This document shows positions 35,373 through 46,965 of a DNA stretch of 64,000 nucleotides, in pieces. The notes under the pieces were generated by a model. The model was given only the letters and a program-made list of their open reading frames with translations. It had not been told where the DNA came from and searched no databases. Location of the stretch: NCBI GenBank assembly GCA_001661245.1, contig KV454013.1, positions 1,148,502-1,212,501 on the forward strand. Reading direction: 5' to 3'. Position 1 is the stretch's first letter. Every line of letters starts with the position of its first letter. This stretch comes from Pachysolen tannophilus NRRL Y-2460 (taxonomy: Eukaryota). The position numbers and the translations under genes are program-made.

Positions 35373-38300
35373 CTACCAATCGAGAGAAGCATCGGTAGAG
35401 CAGCTTCCGCCAACAGTAGTTAGGGGTCTCTTTGGTACCTTTATCTTGAATTTCAAGTCAATATTTTTGAAAACCTCGTTATGAGTCTTTTCAGATTCCT
35501 CTTGCTTGACTTTCCATCTCTTTGTTCCCAACATATCATCCAATTCTGAGTCTGGTGGTAACTTGATATAAATATTACCATCTTCTCCATCTTTCACCTC
35601 AAAAACAGCTACCGATTGTGCGGCGTCGTTCTTGCATGAACCTGATTCATCTTTATCGTTGTCGATAATGTAATTTCTCTTGTGCAAAGGACATGATATA
35701 TATGTATTATGATTCTCATCTGTACCTAAAATACCTTCGGATAAGACAAAAGCTCTCTTATGCCCACACATATTCTGGGAAGCAAATAGTTTTCCATTCA
35801 ATCTAAAAATTGCTATTTGTGTGTCCGAAACTAACACTGTGGCTGATGAACCTGCTTCTTGATCTGGAAGATCTGTCGAAGGGCATATCTTTTTCCAAGC
35901 TAGTGAAGACCAGGTTATACCTTTGAAATCTTCTCTTTTCAAATTATCATCAACTGGCCAATTTGCCGGTCTTCTTTGGCCTCTTTCTCTGATAATCTCC
36001 ACGGTTTCTTGTTCTTGATCTGTATTGATGAATTGTTTGAACCTTGGATCATTCTTCTGGTTTTTGACAGCTTCATCCCATTCGTCGTAATAATGGCCGA
36101 CCAATTCATTCATTTGATCTTCCAACTCCTGAGCAATACCCAATTTATCATAAACAATAACATCTCTCAAGTACTCAATGCCTCCTGGTAAATTCTCTAA
36201 CCATCTTGCAGTTCTTTGCAATTTGTCCGCAGTTCTTAAGTAAAACATAAGATACCTATCAAGCAAAGGAATAACTTGATCTGGAAGAACACTGGCTTTT
36301 AATAATTGGCCATGTGCAGGTTTCATACCCCCGTTACCCCCAACAAAGACATTATAACCAGAACCAGTCTCATTTTGAACAGCAGAGAGACCAAAATCTT
36401 TGCCGTGCATTTCAGCGCAATCCCTAATACAACCAGATACACCACCTTTAAATTTATGAGGTGATCTTATACCTTTATATCTCTCTTCTAGTCTAATTGC
36501 CAATCCTACTGAATCACCGACTCCAAAACGACACCACGTTGAACCAACACAGGACTTTACATTTCTCAAAGTCTTTCCATAAGCTTGACCGGATTCAAAT
36601 CCAGCTTCATTTAAATCCTCCCAAATTTGAATTAAGTCTTGTTTCTTTGCCCCAAACAAATCAATTCTTTGTCCACCTGTTATCTTAGTATATAAATCAA
36701 ACTTTTTGGCTATTTGGCCCAATGCAATTAATTTTTCAGGAGTTATCTCACCTGCTGAACATCTAGGTACAACAGAGTAGGTACCGTTTCTCTGCATATT
36801 GCCCAACATTCTGTCATTGGTCTCTTGCAAACCATGAACATCGGCTGACAATAAATGCCTGTTAAATAAAGTAGATAATATTGATCCAATACAGGGTTTG
36901 CAGATCTCACAACCTGAAGCTCCCGGCTCATTACCTAATTCTTCCATAACCTGCCTAAAGCTTTGATATCTTCTAACCATGATCAACGAGAATAAATCAG
37001 CTCTAGATTGCTTAAAATGAATACACAATGCATGCGAGATTGTTTTCCCCATTTTAACCATCTCTGCCTCAAAGATAGATTTAACCGTAGGTAAACATCC
37101 TCCACAAGCTGTACCAGCTTTAGTACAAGAACTTAATTCTGAGATAGTGGTGCAAGTTCCATCTCTTACTTTTTCCAGTAATCGTCCTTTGCTTACATTG
37201 TGGCATGAACAAACTTGTGTATCATCTGATAACATTGAAACATCATCTTCACTTTCACCTGGTTTGCCCAATATCAACTCAGAAACAGAACATGGTAAAG
37301 GCTTCTTGGTCTTGGCTAATGCAGAGAATTTAGTAAAATTTTTGGTGTCACCCACCAATATTCCTCCAAGTAAATATTTTCCATCTTTCGTGACTATCAA
37401 CTTGGTGTAAAAGCCCTGGACAGGGTCCTCATAGATTAAAGATTTTGTAAGACATTTGCAATCTTTTTTGTCGAAACCGCGAGGTAACCATTTTGGTTCA
37501 TTTTTATCAGCAAAATAATCTCCAAATGAAGCAACATCCACACCCATTAATTTCAATCTTGTACCAACATCTGGTTCTGAGAAAGTGCTTGGTGTATGAT
37601 ACTTTGCTTGAGTTAGGTTGAATGCAAGAATGTCAGCCATTGTGACACCTGGTGCAATTAATCCATAAGTATTATTATTCCAAGAAGCACATTCACCAAT
37701 TGCAAATATATTTTCGTCTGATGTCTGCAAAGAATCATTAACTTTTAAACCACCTCTAGGAGCAGTTTCAATTTTGGCACTACAAGCTAATTCATCTCTA
37801 GGTTTAATACCAATAGTATAACATAATAATTGACAATCTTCTATTTCTCCATTATTATATCTCACTTGCTTCAATTTCTGATTTTCATCAAATATAAGTT
37901 CTTCCACTGTTGTACTAACTCTGGCTATTATTCCCAAGTCGGTAACTTTTTCTGTCAACAAATTACCTCCCTTTTCATCCAATTGTTGAGATAAGAGCCA
38001 AGATGATCTATGTGATATAATGACGTTATCATAAAGTTGTATATCCTGTAGTGCTTTTGCAGCTTCAAGTCCTAATAATCCACCTCCAATAACAACCGCC
38101 TTTTTAGTCTTGTGCGTAAGTGTTTTTGAGAAGCTAAGCATAGCATTCAAATCATCAATGTTACGATATACAAACACACCCATTGGACGATAAGAACTGA
38201 GAACTTCCTTATCTCCATTTCTCGGTTCGGGAAGTAAGTTTAAAGGTAAGACAGCATTTGAACCAGTTGCAAAGACTAACTTATCATAAGAATAGGTCAT

Positions 38301-38666
38301 GCCTTTTGAAGTTTTAACTTTTTTTTCTTCTCTATTCAATTCTACCACTGGATCGTCTAATCTAAAATCCCATTTACTTTGATCTCTGTTATCGTAGAAT
38401 TCTTTTGGAGATAAAAGTAAATTGTCAAAATTTCTATGCTCAAAATATTCAGTTAAACCAACTCTATTATAAGCCAAATATGGTTCTTCTGCTAAAATGG
38501 TAATCTTATACTCATTCTCCTTTTCGTCATTTATCAACATTTTCTCTAGAAAAGCCATTGCAACCATACCAAAACCAATTACAACCAAGTTTTTTCTAGG
38601 TCTTTCAACAGGTCTTCCTGGCAAAGGAGGTATACCATGGCTAACAGGTTCAGAAGCTTCCAACAT
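35373..38666 (-). CDS. YNI1: Assimilatory NAD(P)H nitrite reductase
   Basis: FAD/NAD domains (GGGLLGLEAA), BFD-like [2Fe-2S] motif (CSCHNV...CGGC), siroheme/4Fe-4S cysteines (KSCVGSTWCRFG, SGCIRDCAE), C-terminal Rieske-like CGH...CPLH; ATG at 38666. Confidence 0.96.
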   Translation of the reverse strand: MLEASEPVSHGIPPLPGRPVERPRKNLVVIGFGMVAMAFLEKMLINDEKENEYKITILAEEPYLAYNRVGLTEYFEHRNFDNLLLSPKEFYDNRDQSKWDFRLDDPVVELNREEKKVKTSKGMTYSYDKLVFATGSNAVLPLNLLPEPRNGDKEVLSSYRPMGVFVYRNIDDLNAMLSFSKTLTHKTKKAVVIGGGLLGLEAAKALQDIQLYDNVIISHRSSWLLSQQLDEKGGNLLTEKVTDLGIIARVSTTVEELIFDENQKLKQVRYNNGEIEDCQLLCYTIGIKPRDELACSAKIETAPRGGLKVNDSLQTSDENIFAIGECASWNNNTYGLIAPGVTMADILAFNLTQAKYHTPSTFSEPDVGTRLKLMGVDVASFGDYFADKNEPKWLPRGFDKKDCKCLTKSLIYEDPVQGFYTKLIVTKDGKYLLGGILVGDTKNFTKFSALAKTKKPLPCSVSELILGKPGESEDDVSMLSDDTQVCSCHNVSKGRLLEKVRDGTCTTISELSSCTKAGTACGGCLPTVKSIFEAEMVKMGKTISHALCIHFKQSRADLFSLIMVRRYQSFRQVMEELGNEPGASGCEICKPCIGSILSTLFNRHLLSADVHGLQETNDRMLGNMQRNGTYSVVPRCSAGEITPEKLIALGQIAKKFDLYTKITGGQRIDLFGAKKQDLIQIWEDLNEAGFESGQAYGKTLRNVKSCVGSTWCRFGVGDSVGLAIRLEERYKGIRSPHKFKGGVSGCIRDCAEMHGKDFGLSAVQNETGSGYNVFVGGNGGMKPAHGQLLKASVLPDQVIPLLDRYLMFYLRTADKLQRTARWLENLPGGIEYLRDVIVYDKLGIAQELEDQMNELVGHYYDEWDEAVKNQKNDPRFKQFINTDQEQETVEIIRERGQRRPANWPVDDNLKREDFKGITWSSLAWKKICPSTDLPDQEAGSSATVLVSDTQIAIFRLNGKLFASQNMCGHKRAFVLSEGILGTDENHNTYISCPLHKRNYIIDNDKDESGSCKNDAAQSVAVFEVKDGEDGNIYIKLPPDSELDDMLGTKRWKVKQEESEKTHNEVFKNIDLKFKIKVPKRPLTTVGGSCSTDASLDW
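35418..35703. repeat. Source copy of the 286-bp direct repeat, inside YNI1
   Basis: Matches 23585-23870 in the same orientation. Confidence 0.92.
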
Positions 38667-39299
38667 CTTCACTATGATCCAAACTAATAATTTCAAAAGA
38701 AAGAAAAATAAAAGAATAATAAGATCAAATATATACCTACCTTCTAAAGTTTTCAAAAGAAACAAAATAATTACAAAAGATAGAACCAACAGCACTTAAG
38801 TGTTTTTTTTTTTTTTTTTTTTTCATTTTTGAATGCCGAATCTTTAATAACCATCGCTTTCTTAAATTAAGTTCTATAGCAGCAATATCAACTTGATCAT
38901 GTTCCCACTAAGATGGTGGTGACATCAAAAACTAAATTACTAATCTCCAAATAATTGAAATCAATTGGTTGGTCAACTCAAAGGATGAGACTATCAAAAA
39001 ATTATATGCAATGCAAACTAGTGTTATCTAAAATTTTGTTCTGAAAAAAATTTTTTTTTAGTTGCAGCATCGACGGAGAATATATTCTTTTATCTTTTCA
39101 TGAAGAATTTCAATACAATTTTAATAATTTTAGTTAGCCGAGCTGTTATATCTCTCTTATCAGAGGAAAGAGGAATTTAAAAAAGCTTTAGCGCAAATCA
39201 ATTAATTTTTTAAAACAAGTATAATTTATTTATTTATATCAGAAAGAAGAAGAAGAAAAAGCAATAAAAAAATAAAGAAAAAAAAAAACTTCTAAACTT

Positions 39300-40874
39300 T
39301 TATACTTTATCTACTTCGGAATCATTTTTCTCTTTGTAACCTTCCGGTCTATCCTCTCTAACTGGAATAAAAGCTATTCCAAAATTAACAATCATCATGA
39401 CAATTCCAATAATCCAAAACGATTTGAAGTAGTTTGTTACACCGTCTGTAGCTTGATACCTGAAAACCAAGGAGAAAAAAATACCTCCCAAATTACCGAA
39501 AGCACCTGTTATTCCTGAGACTATACCTGTGTGATGTGGATTAATTTGTGGAACCAAGCAAAAATTTGCACCATTTCCCATTTCCATAAAGATATCCATT
39601 ATTGCCATTGCTACAATTAGACCAGCCATTGGTAAATCTTTTTTCAACCCAATCCAAAGTAAAAAAAGTCCTTCCATAAATCCACAAAAGATCATCCAAA
39701 ATTTTTTAGCTTTTGTAGTTTTGAAAAAACGATACAAGAAATCTCCAATAAGCCCACCTACTGGTCTTGATACGACGTTTAATAATCCCAACATTGAAGC
39801 CCAATCACCAGAAAGTTGTTGACTCCATTTATTTCCTGAATGTTGTTTGTATAATGCTGTCATAACACTTTCTACTGCCAACTCTCCACCAAATGTAGTT
39901 AAATAAGCTAAGGCTACTAACATTGTTCTCCAATGGAAACCAACTTTTAATAAATCTAATGGTTTTGGGTTTTCAATAATGTCCTCCAAATCAACAATTT
40001 TACCCATTTGTGTTTCAACTGGAACAATCCCTTCTTCTTTTTCAAGATTACTATCTTTGTTTTGGAAAGCTTCTATAACTTGCTTTGAAGTAATTGGTTC
40101 AATTAATTCTTTTTCATTTGAAGCACTCATTGGAACTGAAAGAACGTTTGTAATTGTGACATCAATTCCAATACCCAACACATCAGTACGATCCAGCCAT
40201 TTCCCCTCGGGACAATCTTGACCAAATATAATCACTAAAGCTGCAACGAAAAGTAATATAATCATTGGTCCAATAACAAAAGCATAACCCCATGTCTTGT
40301 GTAAAGAATAACCATCATTTGCTAAATCTGCAACAATTGCTGGCATAACGAAAAATGCAACACCACCTCCAGCATTACCCCATCCACCAACCAAAGAATT
40401 TGCTGTTCCAACAATAGAAGTATCAAAGAAAACTGTTGTCCAAACCTGACAAGGAACAAAAGAACCACCTAATAACCCAATGAAAAATCGTATAGCATGA
40501 AGACCACTTACATTTGTTACACAGGGAATTAAAGCAGTTGGTACAGTTCCCACTATTAATACACCTGCCATTGTCCATCTTGGACCAAACCTATCACATA
40601 ATGGACCTAAAATGACTCTTGCAACCAAAGTTGCTGCTAACCCACAAATATTGTTGTTTGAAATATCCTTTGCTGTCAATTTCAAATCTTCCTTTACCGT
40701 ACCTGAAAGTAAAGGTGGGAATGCAAACCATGATAAAAATGAAGCGAAAAACCCTAACCACGCTAAATGGAAAATTCTACCATAAGGGTCAAAAACATTG
40801 AGTAACGGAATAGATAATGCTTTCCGAGTCTTGGGATTAATCTCAGGATTTTGCCATAACGTTTGTAATTTCAT
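39300..40874 (-). CDS. YNT1: High-affinity nitrate transporter (NRT2/NNP family)
   Basis: Nitrate signatures GGWGNAGGG and GAFGNLGG, GPLCDRFGPR, FGGELAV, GNGANF; ATG at 40874. Confidence 0.95.
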   Translation of the reverse strand: MKLQTLWQNPEINPKTRKALSIPLLNVFDPYGRIFHLAWLGFFASFLSWFAFPPLLSGTVKEDLKLTAKDISNNNICGLAATLVARVILGPLCDRFGPRWTMAGVLIVGTVPTALIPCVTNVSGLHAIRFFIGLLGGSFVPCQVWTTVFFDTSIVGTANSLVGGWGNAGGGVAFFVMPAIVADLANDGYSLHKTWGYAFVIGPMIILLFVAALVIIFGQDCPEGKWLDRTDVLGIGIDVTITNVLSVPMSASNEKELIEPITSKQVIEAFQNKDSNLEKEEGIVPVETQMGKIVDLEDIIENPKPLDLLKVGFHWRTMLVALAYLTTFGGELAVESVMTALYKQHSGNKWSQQLSGDWASMLGLLNVVSRPVGGLIGDFLYRFFKTTKAKKFWMIFCGFMEGLFLLWIGLKKDLPMAGLIVAMAIMDIFMEMGNGANFCLVPQINPHHTGIVSGITGAFGNLGGIFFSLVFRYQATDGVTNYFKSFWIIGIVMMIVNFGIAFIPVREDRPEGYKEKNDSEVDKV

Positions 40875-41716
40875 AACCAAGATCCAAAAAAAAAAAAAAA
40901 AAATTAAAATTAAAATTAAAATAAAATGAAAAAAGTTTGATACACCTTCAATTCACAACCAAAAATTTTTTTTGTATTGAACTTTAACCAACTTTAACAA
41001 ATATATATATATACATCAAGAACTCATTGTTTCACAAAACCTCTGCTATATATATATCTGCGTATTTACCTATCTATCTATCTATTTACTTATTTACTGA
41101 TGTAACGTTTTTTCCATCAAGATCCAAGACTTCAGATAAACTAACTTACATATAAAAGATGATAAGAATTTATTGCACACTTTATTTTTTTAGTCCTCCC
41201 ATTCCGAAAACATCTCACTACAACTAATTAACTAGGTAACACATCCTATTTCTTGGAAAAACGTCTTTGCATGAATTAAAAGGAAATATTTTCCGCTTAT
41301 TTCTTATCAAAAAAAAGAAATCTAAGACATAATTAGCGATTGAAGTCATCGGCAACTAATACGTCCATTCCAGTATATTTAGCTAATGCTGTCCTCTGTC
41401 CTGCATGGACCCTTGCGTTACGAAAATTGAAAATTCGAGAATGGGACAAAATTATTTAATACCAAAAATGGAAACCCAGAAACAGCCCCTAAATTATCTC
41501 TTTTTCCAAACAAAAAGTAGTGTTCTTTATACTAAAAACAAAAGGTAGTGTTTTTATACCAAAAAAAGAGAAAACGGGCCGGCCTTCCGGAAACGGAAAT
41601 GTATCCGGAAAGATGGTTGGGTAAGAAGTACTGTTTTACCATTTAAATTTTGTAGTTTATAAATGTATTTATTCAGGTTGATATTAGAGGTGTTGTGGCT
41701 CTTGATTGATTGAGAG

Positions 41717-43609
41717 ATGTCGTCATCAGTTCATCATCGTCGACCGGCGTCGTTGGCTTCAGTGGCTTGTGTTTTATGTAAAAAGAGAAAGAGAAAATGT
41801 GATGGGCAGAAACCGTGTAGTACTTGTAAGAAGTATAATAATGCTTCTAATTGTGAATATCCAGTTGATAAAGATAGGAGAAAATGGAAACATGATTCTT
41901 CATATGTTGATTATTTAGAAGTTAAGTTGGATTTATTGGAGCAATTTTTCAATGAGTTGAATAAATCTAATCCTGAAAAGGCGTCTTTTGTTAGGGAGAA
42001 ATTGAAAATTGAATTACCCTTGATGCCTCTGGTTGCATCATCAACAAATCCAAAATTAATGCAAATGGCAAATCCAAAGGCTTTAGATGAGTTTTTATCT
42101 ACTGCGTGGAGGGTTCGTCAATATGTACAAGGTGGAAGAACAGAATTTTATGGGCCTATATCAGGGAGGCAACAAGTTTTAGAAGAAGAAGAACTTGAAT
42201 CATCACTGACTCCAAAAGATGGGAAAATAGATATCATTTTAACTTCAAAGGGATTTAGAAATGAATTATTTGATATTTTTGAAAGAAATTTTTCAAATTT
42301 TTTCTATATTTCTTCATTAACTTTACCAGAAATTAGGAATTGGGATTTTCCCAATAAAGAAGCCAATAAACAATTTTTATTATGTGCCATTTTTGCTTAT
42401 GCTTCGGTCTATACAAATATGAAGCATGTTTCATCCAGTTTTGTATTGGAGGCAGAATCAGTGGCATTGGCTGCTTGTAGGTATTCATTGGATGAATCAA
42501 CTTTACAAGGTTTATTAATACTATCATGTTTTGAATTAGGTATGGCTTACGATTCAGCTTCTTGGTTATTCAATGCAATGTGTGCATCTCAAACACAATA
42601 CTTGGGATTACATTTAGGAGATTGTGCAACTCCTTTTGGTCTGCTGATACGACAACAACAACAATCAGAACTTGTTTCAAGATCTCCTTTAAAATCGGCA
42701 GCTTTTTGGTCGATTGTTATGCAAGATAGGTTAATAACAAGTTTCTTGGGCCGTGGATGTCGTATTCAATATTTTAGAATTTTAGCACCTTTTTATTCTC
42801 CTGTAATTTTTAACAAATCAAATCCAAATTATTTGTCAGAATTGGTTTTCACATATCATTCAAGACTTTGGTATATTCATGATCGTTCAATCAGTCAAAT
42901 ATATTCTTTTAAAGCTAGATTTTTACACAATTCTCATAGAATGGCATTATTACAACAAGGTGTCAGTTCTTTAAAGATTTTATACCAATCTTTCCCAGAA
43001 GATATTAAATTGAATTGGAACTTCTTAGATTCAAGAGTATTAATGTTACACCTATCCTACTACGTGGTTCTTTTGTTGTTACATAGACCATATCTAAGTT
43101 CTTTCCCAGAAAAATTCATGGAAATATCTATTGAACAATGTGTTAATGCTTCCAAAGTTGTGGACCTGTATAATAAAGAATACGGATTCAATAATGCCCC
43201 ATATTTTGCAAGTTATCTAATTTTGTCCTGTGCAATGTTTGATTTATTCATATTGGCTAATAAAGACGAATCTTTAAAACCGGAGGCCTACAGAAGAATG
43301 GACATTTTTATAACAGCATTGCTACAGTTTGGAAAAGTCTGGAAAAGAGGATATAAAGATATCCATGTATTATCAGTTTTAGCTGACAAATGGTCTGTTC
43401 ATTATCCATTTTTGAAAGAAACCTCACATCTCTGTGATACCCAAAGTTTTGAAAATTTTTCAAATAATAATCAGTTTCACACTGAGTTCTCATCTCATAT
43501 GGATAATGATGTTTCGGATATTGAGAAACAGTACGAAAATATGCATTATTTTAAAGAAAAAATGTTTGATTTTGATGGAGATAATATGATGGACAATTCT
43601 TGGGTTTAA
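41717..43609 (+). CDS. Zn(II)2Cys6 transcription factor, Yna1/Yna2 (NirA-like) nitrate regulator candidate
   Basis: ACVLCKKRKRKCDGQKPCSTCKKYNNASNCEY, FYGPISGR, LLLHRPY; lies between YNT1 and YNR1. YNA1 versus YNA2 cannot be assigned by eye. Confidence 0.85.
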   Translation: MSSSVHHRRPASLASVACVLCKKRKRKCDGQKPCSTCKKYNNASNCEYPVDKDRRKWKHDSSYVDYLEVKLDLLEQFFNELNKSNPEKASFVREKLKIELPLMPLVASSTNPKLMQMANPKALDEFLSTAWRVRQYVQGGRTEFYGPISGRQQVLEEEELESSLTPKDGKIDIILTSKGFRNELFDIFERNFSNFFYISSLTLPEIRNWDFPNKEANKQFLLCAIFAYASVYTNMKHVSSSFVLEAESVALAACRYSLDESTLQGLLILSCFELGMAYDSASWLFNAMCASQTQYLGLHLGDCATPFGLLIRQQQQSELVSRSPLKSAAFWSIVMQDRLITSFLGRGCRIQYFRILAPFYSPVIFNKSNPNYLSELVFTYHSRLWYIHDRSISQIYSFKARFLHNSHRMALLQQGVSSLKILYQSFPEDIKLNWNFLDSRVLMLHLSYYVVLLLLHRPYLSSFPEKFMEISIEQCVNASKVVDLYNKEYGFNNAPYFASYLILSCAMFDLFILANKDESLKPEAYRRMDIFITALLQFGKVWKRGYKDIHVLSVLADKWSVHYPFLKETSHLCDTQSFENFSNNNQFHTEFSSHMDNDVSDIEKQYENMHYFKEKMFDFDGDNMMDNSWV

Positions 43610-43756
43610 CTTATATTTATTTGTATATATATTTAATTAAAAAAGGTTTGGTTTATATATAGTTTTCAAGTATATATCTTTATTATGGAAACTATGGGGA
43701 AAAAAACGAAAGAAAAAAAACAAACTTGTAGATTAGCGAGCGGAATTGATATACTT

Positions 43757-46417
43757 TTAAAAGCAAAATATATTCTTATCAGGAACGTTATTTCTTCTTG
43801 CCCATTCTTTGACACCATCGTTCATTGCAGGGGGACCACATATTAAAACCATAAAGTCTTCGTCTTTGTATTTTCTATTCAGCAGATAATTGTCCAATTT
43901 TCCAGAATCTATATAACCTGTTAAACCTTTCCAACTCTGGTCAGCGACTGCTTCTTTAGAACTTAAGACATAATTAACTCTAAAAGTTGAAGGTTTCAAT
44001 TTTACGTATTGGTCAATTTCCTCTTTGCATAATATGTCGATTTTGTTCCTATTCCCAAAATAAAAATCAACTTCCGTTGAATCTTCTGGGTTTGTTACTA
44101 TCTCTTTAAAAACTTGATAGCATGGAGTAAGACCACTCCCACCACTTACCATCAAAAATGATTTTGTTTTTCTAGTTTCCTTGTTAATTGTGAACTCACC
44201 ATAGCCATGGTACTCAAATTCTCCAATTGGACCTTTAACTTCAATATGGTCACCAATTTTTAAGTTTTCCAATAACATAGTCATTCTACCACCAGGAATG
44301 TTTCCTTTAGGAAAATAGACTTTAATCAAAATTTCCAAGACACCTTTAGTTCTATGACATGACTTTGGAGTATATGCTCTCATAACAAGACCTTTAGAAT
44401 CCTTGTAACGTATGAATAAATGCTGACCAACTGGTAAACCAGAAGTTTGTTCTGAGTGTTCAAGCTCAAAGGAAAAAATCCTAGAATCAGGAGAAATTTC
44501 TTCACGTTTAAGTAACTTCAGTTTTTTCCATTTTTTTGGTTCCAAAAAGGTTGGACTTAAATTAACAGAGTCATGATTAGAAGGTGCTTTTTCGGTTTTT
44601 TCTGAACCCTCCAAAGCACCCAAATGAAATTTAGCCAAAGCTTTTTTCAGGTTATCAGAGTGAATTGCCATAAAATCATCAGTAGCATCTTCACCTGCAA
44701 CTAATGTGATACTCTGGGCTCCACCAGGATGTTCATCAAGATAAGGGACACCATCGTAGACTTGACCATTGACAACAAACCAACAATCTGTTTCAGTAGA
44801 ATGTTTGGATAATTCTTCTTTTGTGATAACAATATTCAATTTTTCAGGATTTGTCATCATTTCAAAATCAATCATTGCCTGTGTAATACCTCCTTCATTT
44901 TCGTCTTGATTATCGTCACCTTCTTTTTCTCCCCAGGTTCTAGAAAGAATGTTTCCTCCTTCTGCCTTTATTCTATCCATCCATCCACCATTGTTACCAC
45001 CTTTTGTTGCATGAACTGGATGCTCAAATCTAATTGCACCATTTTCTTCACTTTGTACGGCAACACGATACCACCAATTGTTCAACATAGAAGTAACATT
45101 CCAGTACATATCTCTTGGCTGGACACACATGTTTTCATCCATTGCTCTAACAACAATATCTTTTGCATTTTTTAACTCTATTTTTTTAACATCGATTTTC
45201 CAGAAACACCAACAAAGATAAGACATTCTTTCACAAACGTTTACTTCACCTCCAAATAACTCAAAAATGCCAGCATCTCTGTATTTATCCTCAGGATAGT
45301 CTATCTCAGCTAATCTCCAACTTTTCCCTCTATCAAGGCTGATCTCAACTCTTCCGACTCTGATTCCACCACCATTATACGCAAACCCTCTTACTGGATA
45401 AGTTTCATTGCTTTCACTGTTTATATCTTTAAATTGCATTAATTCTCTATTTTCAGGATACACAATGATACTTTGTATATTTAAATTATAGACTGTATAT
45501 CTTTCATCTTTCCACCACTCTTTATTGGCCTTTGCTTCTTCTGGGGTGACCATTGTGGGTAATACTTTATTGTCAAAATAATGATACCAGTTTGTTGATG
45601 GGGTCTCAGCAACAATTAATTTTTTCAACCATTTAACAGATCTACCACCAATAACACCTGGAATTACAACTCTCAAAGGTTTCCCATGATCAGGTTCTAA
45701 GAGGCAACCATTTTGCTTATATGCCAACATAATGCTTCTTTCAGGATCCAATACCCATGGAAGACGGACACAAGTACCATAGGCTCCATTTGCTGGATTA
45801 TCTGCACCTTCCATCCAAACAAAACGAGCTTTTCTGTGCGGCTTTGCTTTACGAATAACATCTCCTAACATTGCTCCAGTCCATAATGAATTAGAAATAC
45901 CTGCTGCTCCCCAATTAAACCCAGCACCTTTCTTAACCATGTTTTGTTCTTTCCTACGATTCCCTGCACAAACTAGAGTTATTGGAACTGTGTATTGAGT
46001 AAACTCTGAAATTAAGTCTCTTAAAGTTAAAACCATTGGATTTTGTACCATTCCTTCAATGGAAATTTCCCAGTTTAAAATTTCTTCATCTTGAACTTTT
46101 GGCACCGGCCCATGGTTTCGAACAAAATGAATCGCTGCAGGAGTCAAGAATCCAGTATCATATAGCAAGGACAATGGAGCTTCCGCATTAAATGGATGAG
46201 CACCAGTGAGCCTCAAGAGACGGGGATCTCTTGGTACATGGTTGTCTTCACCTTTAGCATCAATCTCCAACACATCCTCAATCCGTTTTTTAGCATCTTC
46301 AATCACTGGGAATGGGTATTTTGTCTCATCTCCTTTCAACGAAATTAAAGTGTTGATATAGGCATCCAGCTTTTCTGAACTGGCTTGTTGTGATCCCACT
46401 GAAGTTGAAGTAGTCAT
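43757..46417 (-). CDS. YNR1: Assimilatory nitrate reductase (Moco, cytochrome b5 and FAD domains)
   Basis: RLTGAHPFNAE, VRNHGPVP, LVCAGNRRKEQN (Mo-ligand Cys), HPGG heme motif, RAYTP, GGSGLTP, CGPPAM. Confidence 0.97.
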   Translation of the reverse strand: MTTSTSVGSQQASSEKLDAYINTLISLKGDETKYPFPVIEDAKKRIEDVLEIDAKGEDNHVPRDPRLLRLTGAHPFNAEAPLSLLYDTGFLTPAAIHFVRNHGPVPKVQDEEILNWEISIEGMVQNPMVLTLRDLISEFTQYTVPITLVCAGNRRKEQNMVKKGAGFNWGAAGISNSLWTGAMLGDVIRKAKPHRKARFVWMEGADNPANGAYGTCVRLPWVLDPERSIMLAYKQNGCLLEPDHGKPLRVVIPGVIGGRSVKWLKKLIVAETPSTNWYHYFDNKVLPTMVTPEEAKANKEWWKDERYTVYNLNIQSIIVYPENRELMQFKDINSESNETYPVRGFAYNGGGIRVGRVEISLDRGKSWRLAEIDYPEDKYRDAGIFELFGGEVNVCERMSYLCWCFWKIDVKKIELKNAKDIVVRAMDENMCVQPRDMYWNVTSMLNNWWYRVAVQSEENGAIRFEHPVHATKGGNNGGWMDRIKAEGGNILSRTWGEKEGDDNQDENEGGITQAMIDFEMMTNPEKLNIVITKEELSKHSTETDCWFVVNGQVYDGVPYLDEHPGGAQSITLVAGEDATDDFMAIHSDNLKKALAKFHLGALEGSEKTEKAPSNHDSVNLSPTFLEPKKWKKLKLLKREEISPDSRIFSFELEHSEQTSGLPVGQHLFIRYKDSKGLVMRAYTPKSCHRTKGVLEILIKVYFPKGNIPGGRMTMLLENLKIGDHIEVKGPIGEFEYHGYGEFTINKETRKTKSFLMVSGGSGLTPCYQVFKEIVTNPEDSTEVDFYFGNRNKIDILCKEEIDQYVKLKPSTFRVNYVLSSKEAVADQSWKGLTGYIDSGKLDNYLLNRKYKDEDFMVLICGPPAMNDGVKEWARRNNVPDKNIFCF

Positions 46418-46965
46418 TCTTGTAAGAACAAATTATTAACAGTCAAAAGCAAAGAAAAAACAAAAAAAAAAAAAAAAAAAAACGAAAAAACAAAGAAAGC
46501 AAAAAAATTCATAAAATATTCTTAAACTAATAGATTGTTTTTAAAAAAAATCAGAAATTAACAGCCAGCAATACTCCAACTTGATCCTGATAAAAGTCTG
46601 CACTAGTTTAGTTCAGTTAATATGATAATAAACTCAATTGTTGCAAACTTAAGATTTTTTCAGAATGCGTTCTGAACGCACCTTCTTATTCTCTTCCTGC
46701 ATAATAAAAAATTTTCAGCCGCAGATAAAGATAACTTTCTCATCCAATTGAGAACGCAGACGGAGAAATTCTCCGATGCTGATTTCAGCAGCCCCTGTTT
46801 TTATTTTTTTATTTTAATTTTTCCGTTTCCATTTTTTACTGGGGCGGCTGTATCATTTTTGGGGTTTTTTCTTTTGATGTTTTCATTAATACCACAAGTT
46901 TAAAGAGTAAAAGTGTATCTGTTAATTTATTATATTTATTATATGGAGAAAGAAAGGGCAGATCA

